Notes: a model not told the origin generated them from the sequence alone. Counted from the first letter of the stretch, positions 39,860 to 51,200 are shown. The stretch: DNA of 64,000 nucleotides from Cetorhinus maximus (GCF_964194155.1 NC_135898.1:23188001-23252000); one strand, 5' to 3'. Numbers and translations: made by a program.

Positions 39860-40374
39860 CTGAAAGGAAAGCAAAACAGTTCTCACTATAACGAGACAAA
39901 AAATAATTTTGTGACACCACGTACAGCCTACCGTGTGGTCCACCTAAACAGAAAATACTGGAAATACTCAGCAGGTCAGACAGCATCTATGGAGAGGGAA
40001 GCAGATTTGAGGCTAATGACCTTTCATCAGAACGGACTATTTTTAAAAAATTCATTCATGGGGTATGGGCATCTCTGGCTGGGTCAGCATTTATTGCTCA
40101 CCCCTAATTGCCCTTGAGGAGGTGATGATGAGCTGTCTTCTTGAGATGCTGCAGTCTATGTGGTGTAGGTACACCCACAGCGCTCTTAGGGAGAGAGTAC
40201 CAGGATTTTGACCCAGTAACAGTGAAAGAACAGCGATATATTTCCAAGTCAGGATGGTGTGTGACTTAGAGGGGAGCTTGCAGGTGGTTGTGTTCCCATG
40301 CAGTTGTTTTCCTTGTCCTTCCAGGTGGTGAAGGTTTGGAAAGTGCTGTGAAAGGAGCCTTAGTGAGCTACTCT

Positions 40375-41245
40375 AAAGAGTGTGCAGGGACAGAGGGACC
40401 TGGGACTTCAAGTGCATAGATCTTTGAAGGTGACAGGACATAATGAGAAAGTAGTTAGCAAAGCATATGGAGTTCATAAATAGAGATATTAAGTACAAAA
40501 GCAGGGGAGATATACTGAACCTTTATAAAGCTCTGATTAGGCCACAACTAGAGTATTGCATCCAGTTCTGGTTACCACACTTTAGGAAGGATGTGAGGGT
40601 CCTTGAGAGGGTGCGGAGGAGATTTGCCAAAATGATTCCAGGGATGAGGGGTTTTAGCTACAAGGTTAGGACAGCGAAGCTGGGGTTGTTCTCCTTGGAG
40701 CAAAGGAGCTTGAGGGGAGATTTGATAGAGGTGGACAAGATTATGGCAGGTTTAGATAAGGTAGACAAAGTGGTGAAGTCTTATCAAACTCGTATAGGAG
40801 TCTGGTTCAGGCTGTGCTCTGCACAAAAGCAAACATACTGCAGATGCTGGAAATCTGAAATAAAGACAGAAAGTGCTGAAAATACACAGCGAGTCAGGCA
40901 GCATCAGTGGAGAGAGACGTAGGGTTAATGTTTCAGGTCAATGATGGTACAAGGACTAGGGGAACACGGATTTAAGGTTTTGGGCAAGAGATGCGGGGAG
41001 GTGGTGGGGTTGAGAGGAGGAACTGTATTTTTAACACAGCAACTGGTAATGAGCTGGAACTCGTTGCCTACGAGATTGGTGGAAGTGGAGACGATGAATC
41101 ACTTCAAAAGGAAATTGGATGGGCACTCGAGGAAAATAAACTTGCAGGGTTACAGAGGCGGAGCAGGGGAATGGGGCTGATTGGACTAACCTACAGAGGG
41201 CCAGCATGAACTTGATGGATTGAATGGCCTCCTTCTGTGCCATAA
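40375..41245 (+). mobile_element. CR1 3' fragment carrying a local templated insertion
   Basis: LYKALIRPQLEYCIQFW...RGDLIEV; interrupted at ~40770-40943. Confidence 0.85.
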
Positions 41246-41606
41246 TGTTTTTCTCTTTTATTCATCTATGGGAAGTGGGTGTCACTGGCTGGGTCAGCAT
41301 TTATTGCCCATCCTTAATTGCCCTTGAGAAGGTGGTGGTGAGCTGCCTTCTTGAACTGCTGCAGTCCATGTGGTTTAGCTACACCCACAGTGCTGTTAGG
41401 GAGGGAGTTCCAGTATTTTGACCACAAATGACTTTACGACTCCCAAGACTAAGGATTAAACCTTGAATCTTCTGATATGTATTGCACATGTTGTTCTGGT
41501 AACCAATTTTACACTCTTGGTACCAATGATGCTTAATCATTTAACAAGACTGAACTGTGGACTCTGCTAATTACAGCTACAACAGTCTCTGCCCTGAAAT
41601 TCCTAC

Positions 41607-41740
41607 CTGCCTGTGCTGGCGTCACAGGAACCGTTGGGAGATTCTGTACAATCTCCTTTTTAGCAGCGGGTGGCAATCTGTGATCCCAGTCGGAGAAATC
41701 TACCTGCCCAAGGTCCAGATCCATCCCTGCCAACAGAGAC
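41607..41740 (-). CDS. RNF181: RNF181 exon 2 (SLLAGMDLDLGQVDFSDWDHRLPPAAKKEIVQNLPTVPVTPAQA)
   Basis: tttgcAG acceptor and GTAGGA donor, 134 nt, phases consistent; DWDHRLPP motif. Confidence 0.94.
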
Positions 41741-41913
41741 CTGCAAACACACAACACAAAATAGGAACAAGAATCATTGTTAACATACTTCATTTCTTAT
41801 CGTCAATAATGCGAAACATCATCCTACAGACAGAAGGCATGCATTAAATTAATACCTTGGTTTAGCAAGAGAAGTCAGATTTCTACTATCATTCCACAAA
41901 TACTTTATTTTTT

Positions 41914-42914
41914 GATAGTGGGGAAATACAGTGGCCAGGAAAGCGGGGAAATAGAGTGGCTCGGATAGTGGGGAAATAGTGTGGCGAGGATAGTGGGGAA
42001 ATAGAGTGGCTAGGATAGCGGGGAAATAGAGTGGCTAGGATAGCGGGGAAATAGTGTGGCGAGGATAGTGGGGAAATAGAGTGGCTAGGATAGTGGGGAA
42101 ATAGTGTGGCTAGGATAGTGGGGAAATAGAGTGGCTGGGATAGTCGGGAAATAGAGTGGCTAGGATAGCGGGGAAATAGAGTGGCTGGGATAGTCGGGAA
42201 ATAGAGTGGCTGGGATACCGGGGAAATAGAGTGGCTGGGATAGTCGGGAAATAGAGTGGCTAGGTAGTCGGGAAATAGAGTGGCTAGGATAGCGGGGAAA
42301 TAGAGTGGCTAGGATAACGGGGAAATAGAGTGGCCAGGATAGCGGGGAAATAGAGTGGCCAGGATAGCGGGGAAATAGTGTGGCCAGGATAATGGGGAAA
42401 TAGAGTGGCTAGGATAATGGGGAAATAGAGTGGCCAGGATAGCGGGGAAATAGAGTGGCCAGGATAGTGGGGAAATAGAGTGGCCAGGATAGCAGGGAAA
42501 TAGTGTGGCCAGGATAGTGGGGAAATAGTGTGGCTAGGATAGCGGGGAAATAGTGTGGCCAGGATAATGGGGAAATAGAGTGGCTAGGATAATGGGGAAA
42601 TAGAGTGGCCAGGATAGCGGGGAAATAGAGTGGCCAGGATAGTGGGGAAATAGAGTGGCTAGGATAGTGGGGAAATAGAGTGGCCAGGATAATGGGGAAA
42701 TAGAGTGGCTAGGATAATGGGGAAATAGAGTGGCCAGGATAGCGGGGAAATAGAGTGGCTAGGATAGTGGGGAAATAGAGTGGCTAGGATAGTGGGGAAA
42801 TAGTGTGGCCAGGATAATGGGGAAATAGAGTGGCCAGGATAGCGGGGAAATAGAGTGGCCAGGATAGCGGGGAAATAGAGTGGCCAGGATAATGGGTAAA
42901 TAGAGTGGCTAGGA
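41914..42914. repeat. 25-bp minisatellite, ~40 copies, unit GGGGAAATAG(A/T)GTGGC(T/C)AGGATA(G/A)(C/T)
   Basis: Direct 25-nt periodicity (e.g. 42001/42026/42051), no unique spacers. Confidence 0.97.
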
Positions 42915-43611
42915 AGGAAGTAACATCACAGGTCAGTACAGCAATTAAGAATGCTAACACAGAACTGGGGTTTATTTCAACGAGCTAATTCAGAAGCAGT
43001 GAAGTCTCGTTAAACTTGTATAGGAGCCTGGTTCAGGCCGCGCTCAGCACAGAAGTAAAAATACTGCAGATGCTTGAAATCTGAAATAAAGACAGAAAGT
43101 GCTGGAAACACACAGCGGGTCAGGCAGCATCAGTGGAGAGAGAAGCAGAATTAACTTTTCAGGTCAATGGCCTTTCACCAGAACCTCATGCTCTGCACAG
43201 TTCTGGTCTGCCTGCTGTTAAAAGGGGCATAGAAAGAAAGACTACAGTAAGTTCAGACAAGACTGACAATCAAGAGATTACAGCAATTGGGAAAGGGTGA
43301 ACAGGTGAGGGCTTCTCTTTAGAAAGAAAGAGACACCAGAGAAAAGATCCAAAACCCAGGGACGCAAATATTAATCAATTCAACAAGAAATAACCATTCT
43401 CTTTACTCAGAGAATGGTTAGAATGTGGAATTCACTACCACAGGATGTGGTTGAGGCAAATTAATTTAGATACTTTCAAAAGGAAACTCGACAGGAGAGA
43501 AAAAGGGAATAGAAGGACATGCTAAATGGCTCAGATGACATATATGGAATAAGAAAAGATTTGTGTGGAGTATAAACAGGAGCGTAGGCTAGTTGGGCTG
43601 AATGACCTGTT

Positions 43612-43729
43612 TCTGAAGAAGAGTCATACGAACTCGAAATGTTTACTGTTTCACTCCCCACAGATGCTGAGTTTTTCCAACATTTTCTGTTTTAATTTCA
43701 GATTTCCAGCATCCATTTGACTTTTATCC
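43612..43729 (+). mobile_element. Short PLE family A insertion (HHR motif plus tail) inside a CR1 tail
   Basis: CTGAAGAAGAGTCATACGAACTCGAAATGTT; TSD ATGRCCTGTTTCT at 43602-43614 and 43730-43742. Confidence 0.72.
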
Positions 43730-43764
43730 ATGGCCTGTTTCTATCGTGTCTTTTTAAAAAAAAT

Positions 43765-44140
43765 TTCTTTCATGGGATGCGGGCGTCGCTGGCAAGGCCA
43801 GCATATGTTGCCCATCCCTAATTGCCCTTGAACTGAGTAGCTTGCTCGGCCATTTCAGTGGGCAGTTAAGAGTCAACTACATTGCTGTGGGTCTGGAGTC
43901 ACATGTAGACTAGACAGGGTAAGGGTGGCAAACCCCCAAAGGGCATTTGTGAATCCGATAGGTTTTTATGACACTCGATGATAGGTTCCTGATCACCATT
44001 ACTGAGACTAGCTTGCTATTCCAGACTTTTTATTAATTGAATTTAGATTTAGTAGTTGGATTTGAACCCATGCCCATAGATATGCCAGGGCAGCTGGATG
44101 ACTAGTCTAGGACGCTACCACTACGCCGTCATCTCACCCA
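43765..44140 (-). mobile_element. tRNA-derived SINE sharing its 3' tail with the second LINE family
   Basis: Head with GGTTCAAATCC B-box; tail ...GGCCTTGCCAGCGACGCCCGCATCCCATGAA of the same type as the LINE tails at 35400-35450 and 52660-52715. Partial copies near 46260-46410 and 54000-54395. Confidence 0.65.
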
Positions 44141-45252
44141 CACTCATCGCCTCTGGGTGAGTCCAGAACTAAGGGGCACTGTTTTAAAATTAGAGGTGCC
44201 CATTTAGGCTAGAGATGAGGAGAAATTTTTTCTCTGAGGGTTGTGCGACTTTGGAACTCTGTGTCTCAGAAGGCGGTGGAGGTGGGGTCACTGAATATTT
44301 TTGAGGCTGAGGTAGATAAGATTCTTGTTAGGCAAAGGAATCAAAGGTTATTGGAGGCAGATGGGAATGTGGAAATCGAAACACAAGATGATCAGCTATG
44401 ATCCACTTTGGTAGCAAAAACAGGAAGGCGGATTACTATCTGAATAGCTATAAATTGAGAGAGGGGAATGTACAATGAGACCTGGGTGTCCTTGTACACC
44501 AGTCGCTGAAGGTAACACGCAGGTGCAGCAGACGGTAAAGAAGGCAAATGGTATGTTGGCCTTCATAGCGAGAGAATTCAAGTACAGGAGCAGGGATGTC
44601 TTGCTGCAATTATACAGGGCCTTGGTGAGACCACACCTGGAATAGTGTGTGCAGTTTTGGACTCCTTATCTGAGGAAGGATGTTTTTGCTATAGAGGGAG
44701 TGCAGCGAAGGTTTACCCGACTGATTCCTGGGATGGCGGGACTGACATATGAGGAGAGATTGAGTCGGTTGGGATTATATTCGCTGAAGTTCAGAAGAAT
44801 GAGGGGGGATCTCATAGAAACCTATATAATTCTAACAGGACTAGACAGGGTAGATGCAGGAAGGATGCTCCTGATGGTGGGGGAGTCCAGAGCCAGGGGT
44901 CACAGTCTGAGGATACAGGGTAGACCATTTAAGACTGAGATGAGGAGAAATTTCTTCACCCAGAGAGTGGTGAGCCTGTGGAATTCGCTACCACAGAAAG
45001 CAGTTGAGGCCAAAACATTGTATGTTTTCAAGGAGGAGTTAGATATAGCTCTTGGGGCAAAAGGGATCAAAGGATATGGGGAGAAAGCGGGAGCAGGCTA
45101 TTGAGTTGGATGATCAGCCATGATCATAATGAATGGTGGAGCAGGCTCGAAGGGCCGAAAGGCCTACTCCTGCTCCTAGTTTCTAAGTTCTTATCGAATG
45201 GTGGAGCAGGCTCAAGGGGCTGAATGCTTTACTCCTGTTCTTATTTCTTATG
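44140..45252 (+). mobile_element. Nested CR1s: younger copy (~44405-45190) inserted in the tail of an older copy
   Basis: ORF 44649-45104 is a CR1 ORF2 C-terminus; two tandem CR1 tails at 45100-45252. Confidence 0.85.
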
Positions 45253-45255
45253 CTC

Positions 45256-45393
45256 TAATAATGCATGTTCCTATTTTGCATTGTGTGTTTGCAGGTCTTT
45301 GTTAGCAGGGATGGATCTGGGCCTTGGGCAGGCAGATTTCTTTGATTGGGATCACAGATTGCCACCTGCTACTAAAAAGGAGATGGTACAAAA
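45256..45393 (+). pseudogene. Inverted partial duplicate of the RNF181 intron 1 acceptor plus exon 2
   Basis: Reverse-complement match to ~41643-41782, with 13 mismatches in 128 nt by manual alignment. Translates RSLLAGMDLGLGQADFFDWDHRLPPATKKEMVQN. Confidence 0.92.
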
Positions 45394-46884
45394 CATATTC
45401 TATGTTTGTAACATCCTATCCCATACCATGTTTCATTCACCCTGCCACTGCCATTCCTCATTAGCTCCTTATATTACCCAATGTAACAATCCAAACTCAC
45501 TATCCTACTTTGTAAACCTTCCACGGCCTCACCTACCTCTGCGACTTCATTCCTACTTCTTACTCCATCCTCGTCTCCACCCTTCAGCAATGGGATTCTC
45601 TCCCAAAAATCCGTCTATTTTTCTGACTCTGTCACCCTGCTTCCAAACAAATTATCAGGAAGAGAAGAGCTAAAAATCAGGATGACAAAAGAATATGCCC
45701 CAGAGAGAACAGTTTCAGCTCCACATTCCCACCTACCCCCGATATCCTTCCACCCCCTTGCTTATCATGAATCTATCCAGTTCTGCCACAATATTCAAAG
45801 ACTTTGCTTCCATCGCCTTTTGATGAAGAGGGTTCCAAAGGCTCACGACCCTCAGAGAAAAAAAGTTCTCCTCACCTTTGTCTTAAATGGGCAACCCCCT
45901 TATGCGTAAACAGTGACCCCTAGTTCTAGATTAGAGCATATTAAAGTACGAGAGGTAGAGAGTTTTATAAGATGGTATTGAAGCATACAAAATTCTTAGA
46001 GCTTGAAAGGGTAGCTGCAGGAAGGATGTTTTCCCTTGCAGGGGAGTGTAGAACCAGGGGACACAGTCTCAGAATAAGAGGTAGGTCATTTAAGACTGAG
46101 ATGAGGAGGAATTTCTTCACGCTGAGGCTGTGAATCTTTGGAATTCTCTACCCGAGAGCTGTAGAGTCTCAATCATTGAGTATATTCAAGACACAGATTG
46201 ATAGATTTCTAGATATTAAAGACATCAACGGATTTGGGGAAAACTATGGTTTTTTTTATTCGTTGGATGTGGGCATCGCTGGCTAGGCCAGCATTTACTG
46301 CTCATCCCTAATTGCCTTTGTTTGGAGGGCACTTTAAGAGTTAACCACGCTGCTGCCGGTCTGGAGTCACATGTAGGCCAGACCAGGTAAGGATGGCAGA
46401 CTTCCTTTGAGGTAGACCATCAACCATGATCTAGTTGAATGGTGCAGCAGGCTTGAGGGGCTGAATGGCCTACTCCTGCTCCTATTTCCGGTGTATTACC
46501 AGAGCTTGGGGCCTCGGCAGCTGAAGGCACGGCCACCAGCGACGGGGCGATTAAAATTGGGGATGCCCAAGAGGTCAGAATTGGAGGAGCACAGATATCT
46601 CGGGTGGGGTTGTGGTAATGGAGGAAGATTACAGAGATAGAGAGGGGGTGAGGCCTTGGAGGGATTTGAAAACAAGGATGAGAATTTTAAAATCAAGATG
46701 TTGCCAGACCCAGGAGACCGTGTCGGTCAGTGAGCAGAGGGGCGATAGGGGAATGGGACTTGGTGTAAGTTAGGGCATGAACTGGAATGAGTTGGCAGTT
46801 GGTCTTTAGAGCCTGTGTCCCACTGTAAGTCCCACCCCGAGACATCTACACATTCCATTCGAGTGCTAGGAGGCAGCTCTATAC

Positions 46885-46970
46885 CTGGCCAGCTCCAGTA
46901 ACGCGTTCTGCCGGTACTGCTCCTCCGGGTTCGTCGGCTCACAGTCATGCTCATCGAAATAGGAAGCCAT
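46885..46970 (-). CDS. RNF181: RNF181 exon 1 ([29 protein letters not shown])
   Basis: ATG in AAAATGG context; [12 protein letters not shown] is the RNF181 N-terminus; donor AG|GTATAG; 86 nt. Confidence 0.95.
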
Positions 46971-47495
46971 TTTGCCGGAGGCGACCCACTCAAAGGTACG
47001 ACCGGACCTCATCCCTCTCCCCGCCCCCGCCCGTGACGGTGATTGACAGCCAGGTCAGCCAACCAGCCTTCGCGCGCCCGGCCGCTGTCGGGCCATAAGC
47101 CAATCAGCAGCGAGAAGAGGCGGGCTTCTCCTCCACGCCCCGTCTTTGAGATGATTGACGGCTAGATCAGCCAATTATATTTGGCGCGCTGTGGGCGATA
47201 AACCAATCAATTGCGACCGAGAGAGGCTGGACTTCGAGCTCCGCCCATGAGGTGGTTGCCAGCGGGATTAGCCAATCATCATTTGTAAAACCTGCCGCTG
47301 ACAGGCAATAAACCAATAATCGGCGAGAGGAGGCGGGACCCCAAGAGACCTCGTCCCCCGGCAGTCAGGTTTGAGTGACGCGCGGATGGCGCGACATGGG
47401 ACTTTCGATTGGCTGAGCAGCCGGCGGGGGTACCACGTGGTCACGACGTTCGCCCAATCAGATCGGCCTCGGTGGGTAACCGGGGTAACCAGTCA
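46960..47495. promoter_or_regulatory. CpG-rich RNF181 promoter with multiple CCAAT boxes, GC boxes, an E-box and a YY1-like site
   Basis: High CpG density directly upstream of the ATG. CCAAT near 47100, 47171, 47203, 47272, 47313 and 47455; GGCGGG/CCGCCC boxes; CCACGTGG near 47433; GCCATTTT overlapping the ATG. Confidence 0.8.
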
Positions 47496-47499
47496 CCAT

Positions 47500-50400
47500 G
47501 ATAAAAGCAAAAAACTGCAGATGCTGGAAATCCGCAACAAAAACAAAAACAAAAACACCTGGAAAAACTCAGCAGGTCTGACACACTGGTGGGAAGCGAT
47601 CAAGGGAAACATCAAGAGGTTTTTCATCCTCAAAGGCACCCAGAAAGCTAGAAAGGAACAGAGGGAAATGTCCCGACTCCAGAAAAAGATGCAGAATCTG
47701 CTCCGGCTGCAGTCGATGGGGGTCGATGTCAAGGAGGAGCTCCAAGAGGTGAAGAGCCAGCAAGCCTCGCACTTTGCCTCGGAGGCCTCCAAGATCATCT
47801 TCCGTTCCAGAGTCCGCTCCGTGGAGCAGGATGAGACGTGCTCACGTTTCTTCTTCCAAAAGGTACACAGAGAGAACTCTGTGATCAGCAGCCTGAAGGA
47901 AGAAGATGGCTCAGTAAAGTCATCACGGTCCGACATTTTGAGGACCAGCAAATCCTTTTATGCCGGATTGTATGACGTGAAGCCCACAGACAGCACGGCC
48001 TCCCAGTCCTTCCTGTCCTCTATCACGGAGGTCTTAGACAACAGTACGCGGGAGAGCCTAGACAAACCGCTAACTCCTGATGAACTGACTAAGGCCCTTG
48101 AGTCCTTCGAGAAGAGTAAAACTCCCGGAAGTGACGGCTTGCCGGCGGAGTTGTATTCGGCTCTGTGGGACTGGATCGGCCCAGACCTGCTAGAAGTGTA
48201 CGAGAGTATGCTCCTGGCCGGGTGTATGTCAGAATCCATGAGGAAAGACATTATCATCCTCGTCTACAAGCACAAGGGGGGAAGGGAGGAAATTAGAAAT
48301 TGGCGACCCATTTCACTGTTGAATGTGGACTATAAGATTCTGTCCAAGGTCATCGCCAATCGGGTCAAATCCGCTCTGGAATTGGTGACCCACCCTGACC
48401 AGACCTGCACTGTGCCAGGCAGGACGATTTCTGACAGCCTCATGCTGCTCAGGGATACGATTGCCTATGTACAGGACAGGGGTGTGGATACCTGCCTCAT
48501 CAGCCTGGATCAGGAGAAGGCTTTTGACAGAATATCGCACACCTACATGGTGGATGTGCTCTCCAAAATGGGGTTTGGGGAGGGAATTCGAAATTGGATC
48601 CAACTGCTCTACACTAACATCAGCAGTGCAGTCTCAATCAATGGGTGGGAATCAGATAGCTTTCCAATTAAATCTGGAGTCAGGCAGGGCTGTCCTCTCT
48701 CGCCTGTTCTTTTCGTGTGTTGCATAGAACCCTTTGCTGAGTCCATCAGGAAGGATCCAGGCATAAGAGGAATGACGATCCCAGGCAGTGGAGGACCTCA
48801 GGTCAAAGCCTCCCTGTACATGGATGATGTCGCCGTCTTCTGCTCGGATCCACTGTCGGTGCACAGACTGATCCACATCTGCGACCAGTTCGAACTGGCC
48901 TCGGGAGCCAAGGTAAATCGTGGGAAGAGCGAGGCCATGTCCTTTGGGAACTGGGCTGACCGATCCTTTGTCCCCTTCACTGTCAGGGCTGACGGCCTGA
49001 AGGTGCTGGGAATATGGTTCGGAGGGACCAGGGCATGCGTTAGAAACTGGAAGGAGCGAGTGTCTATGGTGAAAAGGAAACTGGGCATGTGGGAGCAACG
49101 CTCCCTCTCCATTGCGGGTAAGAACCTGGTCATCAGGTGTGAGGCACTCTCGCTGTTGCTGTACGTGGCGCAGGTCTGGCACATTCCACACTCCTGAGTG
49201 GTGGCGATCACCCGAGCCATCTTCCGCTTTATCTGGAGGTCAAAAATGGATCGTGTCCGCAGGGACGCGATGTACAAGCCTCTAGATAAAGGGGGAAAAA
49301 ACGTGCCCAACATCGCCCTCATATGATGGCCACCTTTGTGTGTGGCTGCATCAAGCAGTACGTAGACCCTCAGTACGCAAACACCAAGTGTCACTACGTG
49401 CTGAGGTTCTACCTGTCTCCGGTGTTGCGAAGGATGGGTCTGGCCACGGTGCCGCGGAACGCTCCAAGTAGTTGGACCGTGCCGTACCACCTGTCCCTCG
49501 TGGAAAAATTTATGCAGAGAAACACCTTTGACCACAAGTCCATCAGGCAGTGGTCGGCACGTAACGTCTTAGAGGCCCTGAGGGAAAAGGAGAGGGTGGA
49601 CCCTGTGGGATGGTTCCCCGAGCAGACTGTCAAAGTCATTTGGCAGAATGCCTCATCGCCAGAACTTTCCAACAAGCACCAAGACGTAGCTTGGCTGGTG
49701 GTGAGAAAGGCCCTCCCCGTCAGATCCTTCCTACACGCCAGGAGTCTCACCCCCTCGGCACGTTGCCCTCGAGGTGGCTGTGGTGGGGAAGAGACCGTTG
49801 TTCACCTCCTTGTGGATTGTGCCTTTGCAAAGAAGGTCTGGAGAGAGATGCAGTGGTTTCTGTCGAGGTTCATCCCGAGCAGTTCTGTGACACGACTCTG
49901 TGCTCTACGGGCTGTTCCCAGGGACACACACCGAGACAAACATCAACTGCAGCTGGAGGATCATCAACTCGGTGAAAGACACTCTTTGGTCTGCCCGAAA
50001 CTTGTTGGTCTTCCAGCACAAAGAGTTGTCCCGACCGAGTTTTGCGGACTGGCACATTCCAAAGTCCAGGACTACGTGCTGAGGGATGCGCTAAAGCTTG
50101 GGGCAGCTGCCCCAAGGCGCAATGGGGAAGGGTCGCTGCCTAAGACCTTTCTGCCACAGTGCACCGAGGGGCTGGGAACTGTGTAGAGCCCCTCGGGCTG
50201 TACAGCCCAAAATGAATGTCTGAAAAGGATTGTAATATTCATTGTTTGTACTGATGCACCTTGTGATACATGTTGTAAAAGTTGAACCTGATTGTACCTT
50301 TGTAATGGTGATTTTGAAATGGTTTGGAATGTGGTTGAAGATATTTTATGAATAAAGTATATTTTTGCAAAAAAAAAACTCAGCAGGTCTGACAGCATCT

Positions 50401-51200
50401 GCGGAGAGGAACACAGTTAACGTTTCGAGTTCCTATGACTCTTCAACAGAACTAAGGAAAAATAGAAGAGAGGTGAAATATAAGCTGGTTTAAGGGGTGG
50501 TGGGGGACAGGTAGAGCTGGATAGAGGGCCAGTGATAGGTGGAGACAACCAAAAGATGTCACAGACAAAAGGACAAAGAGGTGTTGAAGGCGGTGAAATT
50601 AGCTAAAGGAATGTGCTAATTAAGGGTAGAAAGCAGGATGAGCAAGGTACAGATAGCCCTAGTGGGGGTGGGGTGGGGTGGGGTGAAGGGATCGAAATAG
50701 GCTAAAAGGTAGAGATAAAACAATGGATGGAAATACATTTAAAAATAATGGAAATAGGTGGGAAAAGAAAAATCTATATAAATTATTGAAAAAAAGGGGG
50801 ATCGGAAGGTGGGTGGGGATGGAGGAGAGAGTTCAGGATCTAAAGTTGTTGAACTCAATATTCAGTCCAGATGCCTAGTCAGAAGATGAGGTGCTGTTCC
50901 TCCAGTTTACATTGAGCTTCAGTGGAACAATGCAGCAGGCCAAGGACGGACATGTGGGTATTAGAGCAGGCTGGTGTGTTGAAATGGCAAGCGACAGGGA
51001 GGTCTGGGTCATGCTTGCGGACAAACCGAAGGTGTTACAGTCTGCGTTAGGTCTCTCCAACACCTGCCTCTTTACTTGCCCTCTCCTCACTGTCCAAGGG
51101 CCCAAACACTCCCTTCAAGTGAAGCAGCATTTCACTTGCACTTCCCTCAATTTAGTCTATTGCATTCGCTGCTCCCAATGCGGTTTCATCTACATTAGAG
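47500..51200 (-). mobile_element. Penelope-like element family A (GIY-YIG, hammerhead-bearing 3' region), split by the Tx1 insertion, with an inverted internal segment at 51060-51200
   Basis: Terminal sequence shared with other copies at 47500-47583 continues at 50395. Minus-strand QCNTFGLSA...KLEEQHLIF-like GIY-YIG C-half; + strand FTCTSLNLVYCIRCSQCGFIYIRET GIY motif. Confidence 0.75.
47584..50373 (+). mobile_element. 5'-truncated Tx1-clade (L1 group) non-LTR retrotransposon, ORF2 with RT and C-terminal zinc knuckle
   Basis: RT motifs KTPGSDG, WRPISLLNVDYK, DQEKAFD, GVRQGCPLSP and YMDD; C-terminal CPRGGCGGEETVVHLLVDC; AATAAA at 50351 and an A-tail. TSD AAAAACTCAGCAGGTCTGACA at 47563-47583 and 50374-50394. 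Nonsense codon at 49195-49197 and frameshifts near 49320 and 49890. Confidence 0.92.

Noticed and set aside
41914-42914. CRISPR-like array
   Set aside because: Contiguous tandem units with no unique spacers and no cas genes, in a vertebrate intron.
45224-45673. 149-aa ORF as a second RNF181-like gene
   Set aside because: Only a partial inverted exon-2 copy; no donor site, no RING exons on the + strand, and the start lies in a CR1 tail.
46727-46993. 88-aa minus-strand ORF at RNF181 exon 1
   Set aside because: Wrong frame; the real exon is 46970-46885 in another frame.
48313-49750. Long antisense and alternative-frame ORFs within the Tx1 element
   Set aside because: Shadow ORFs of a GC-rich coding sequence with no recognisable motifs.
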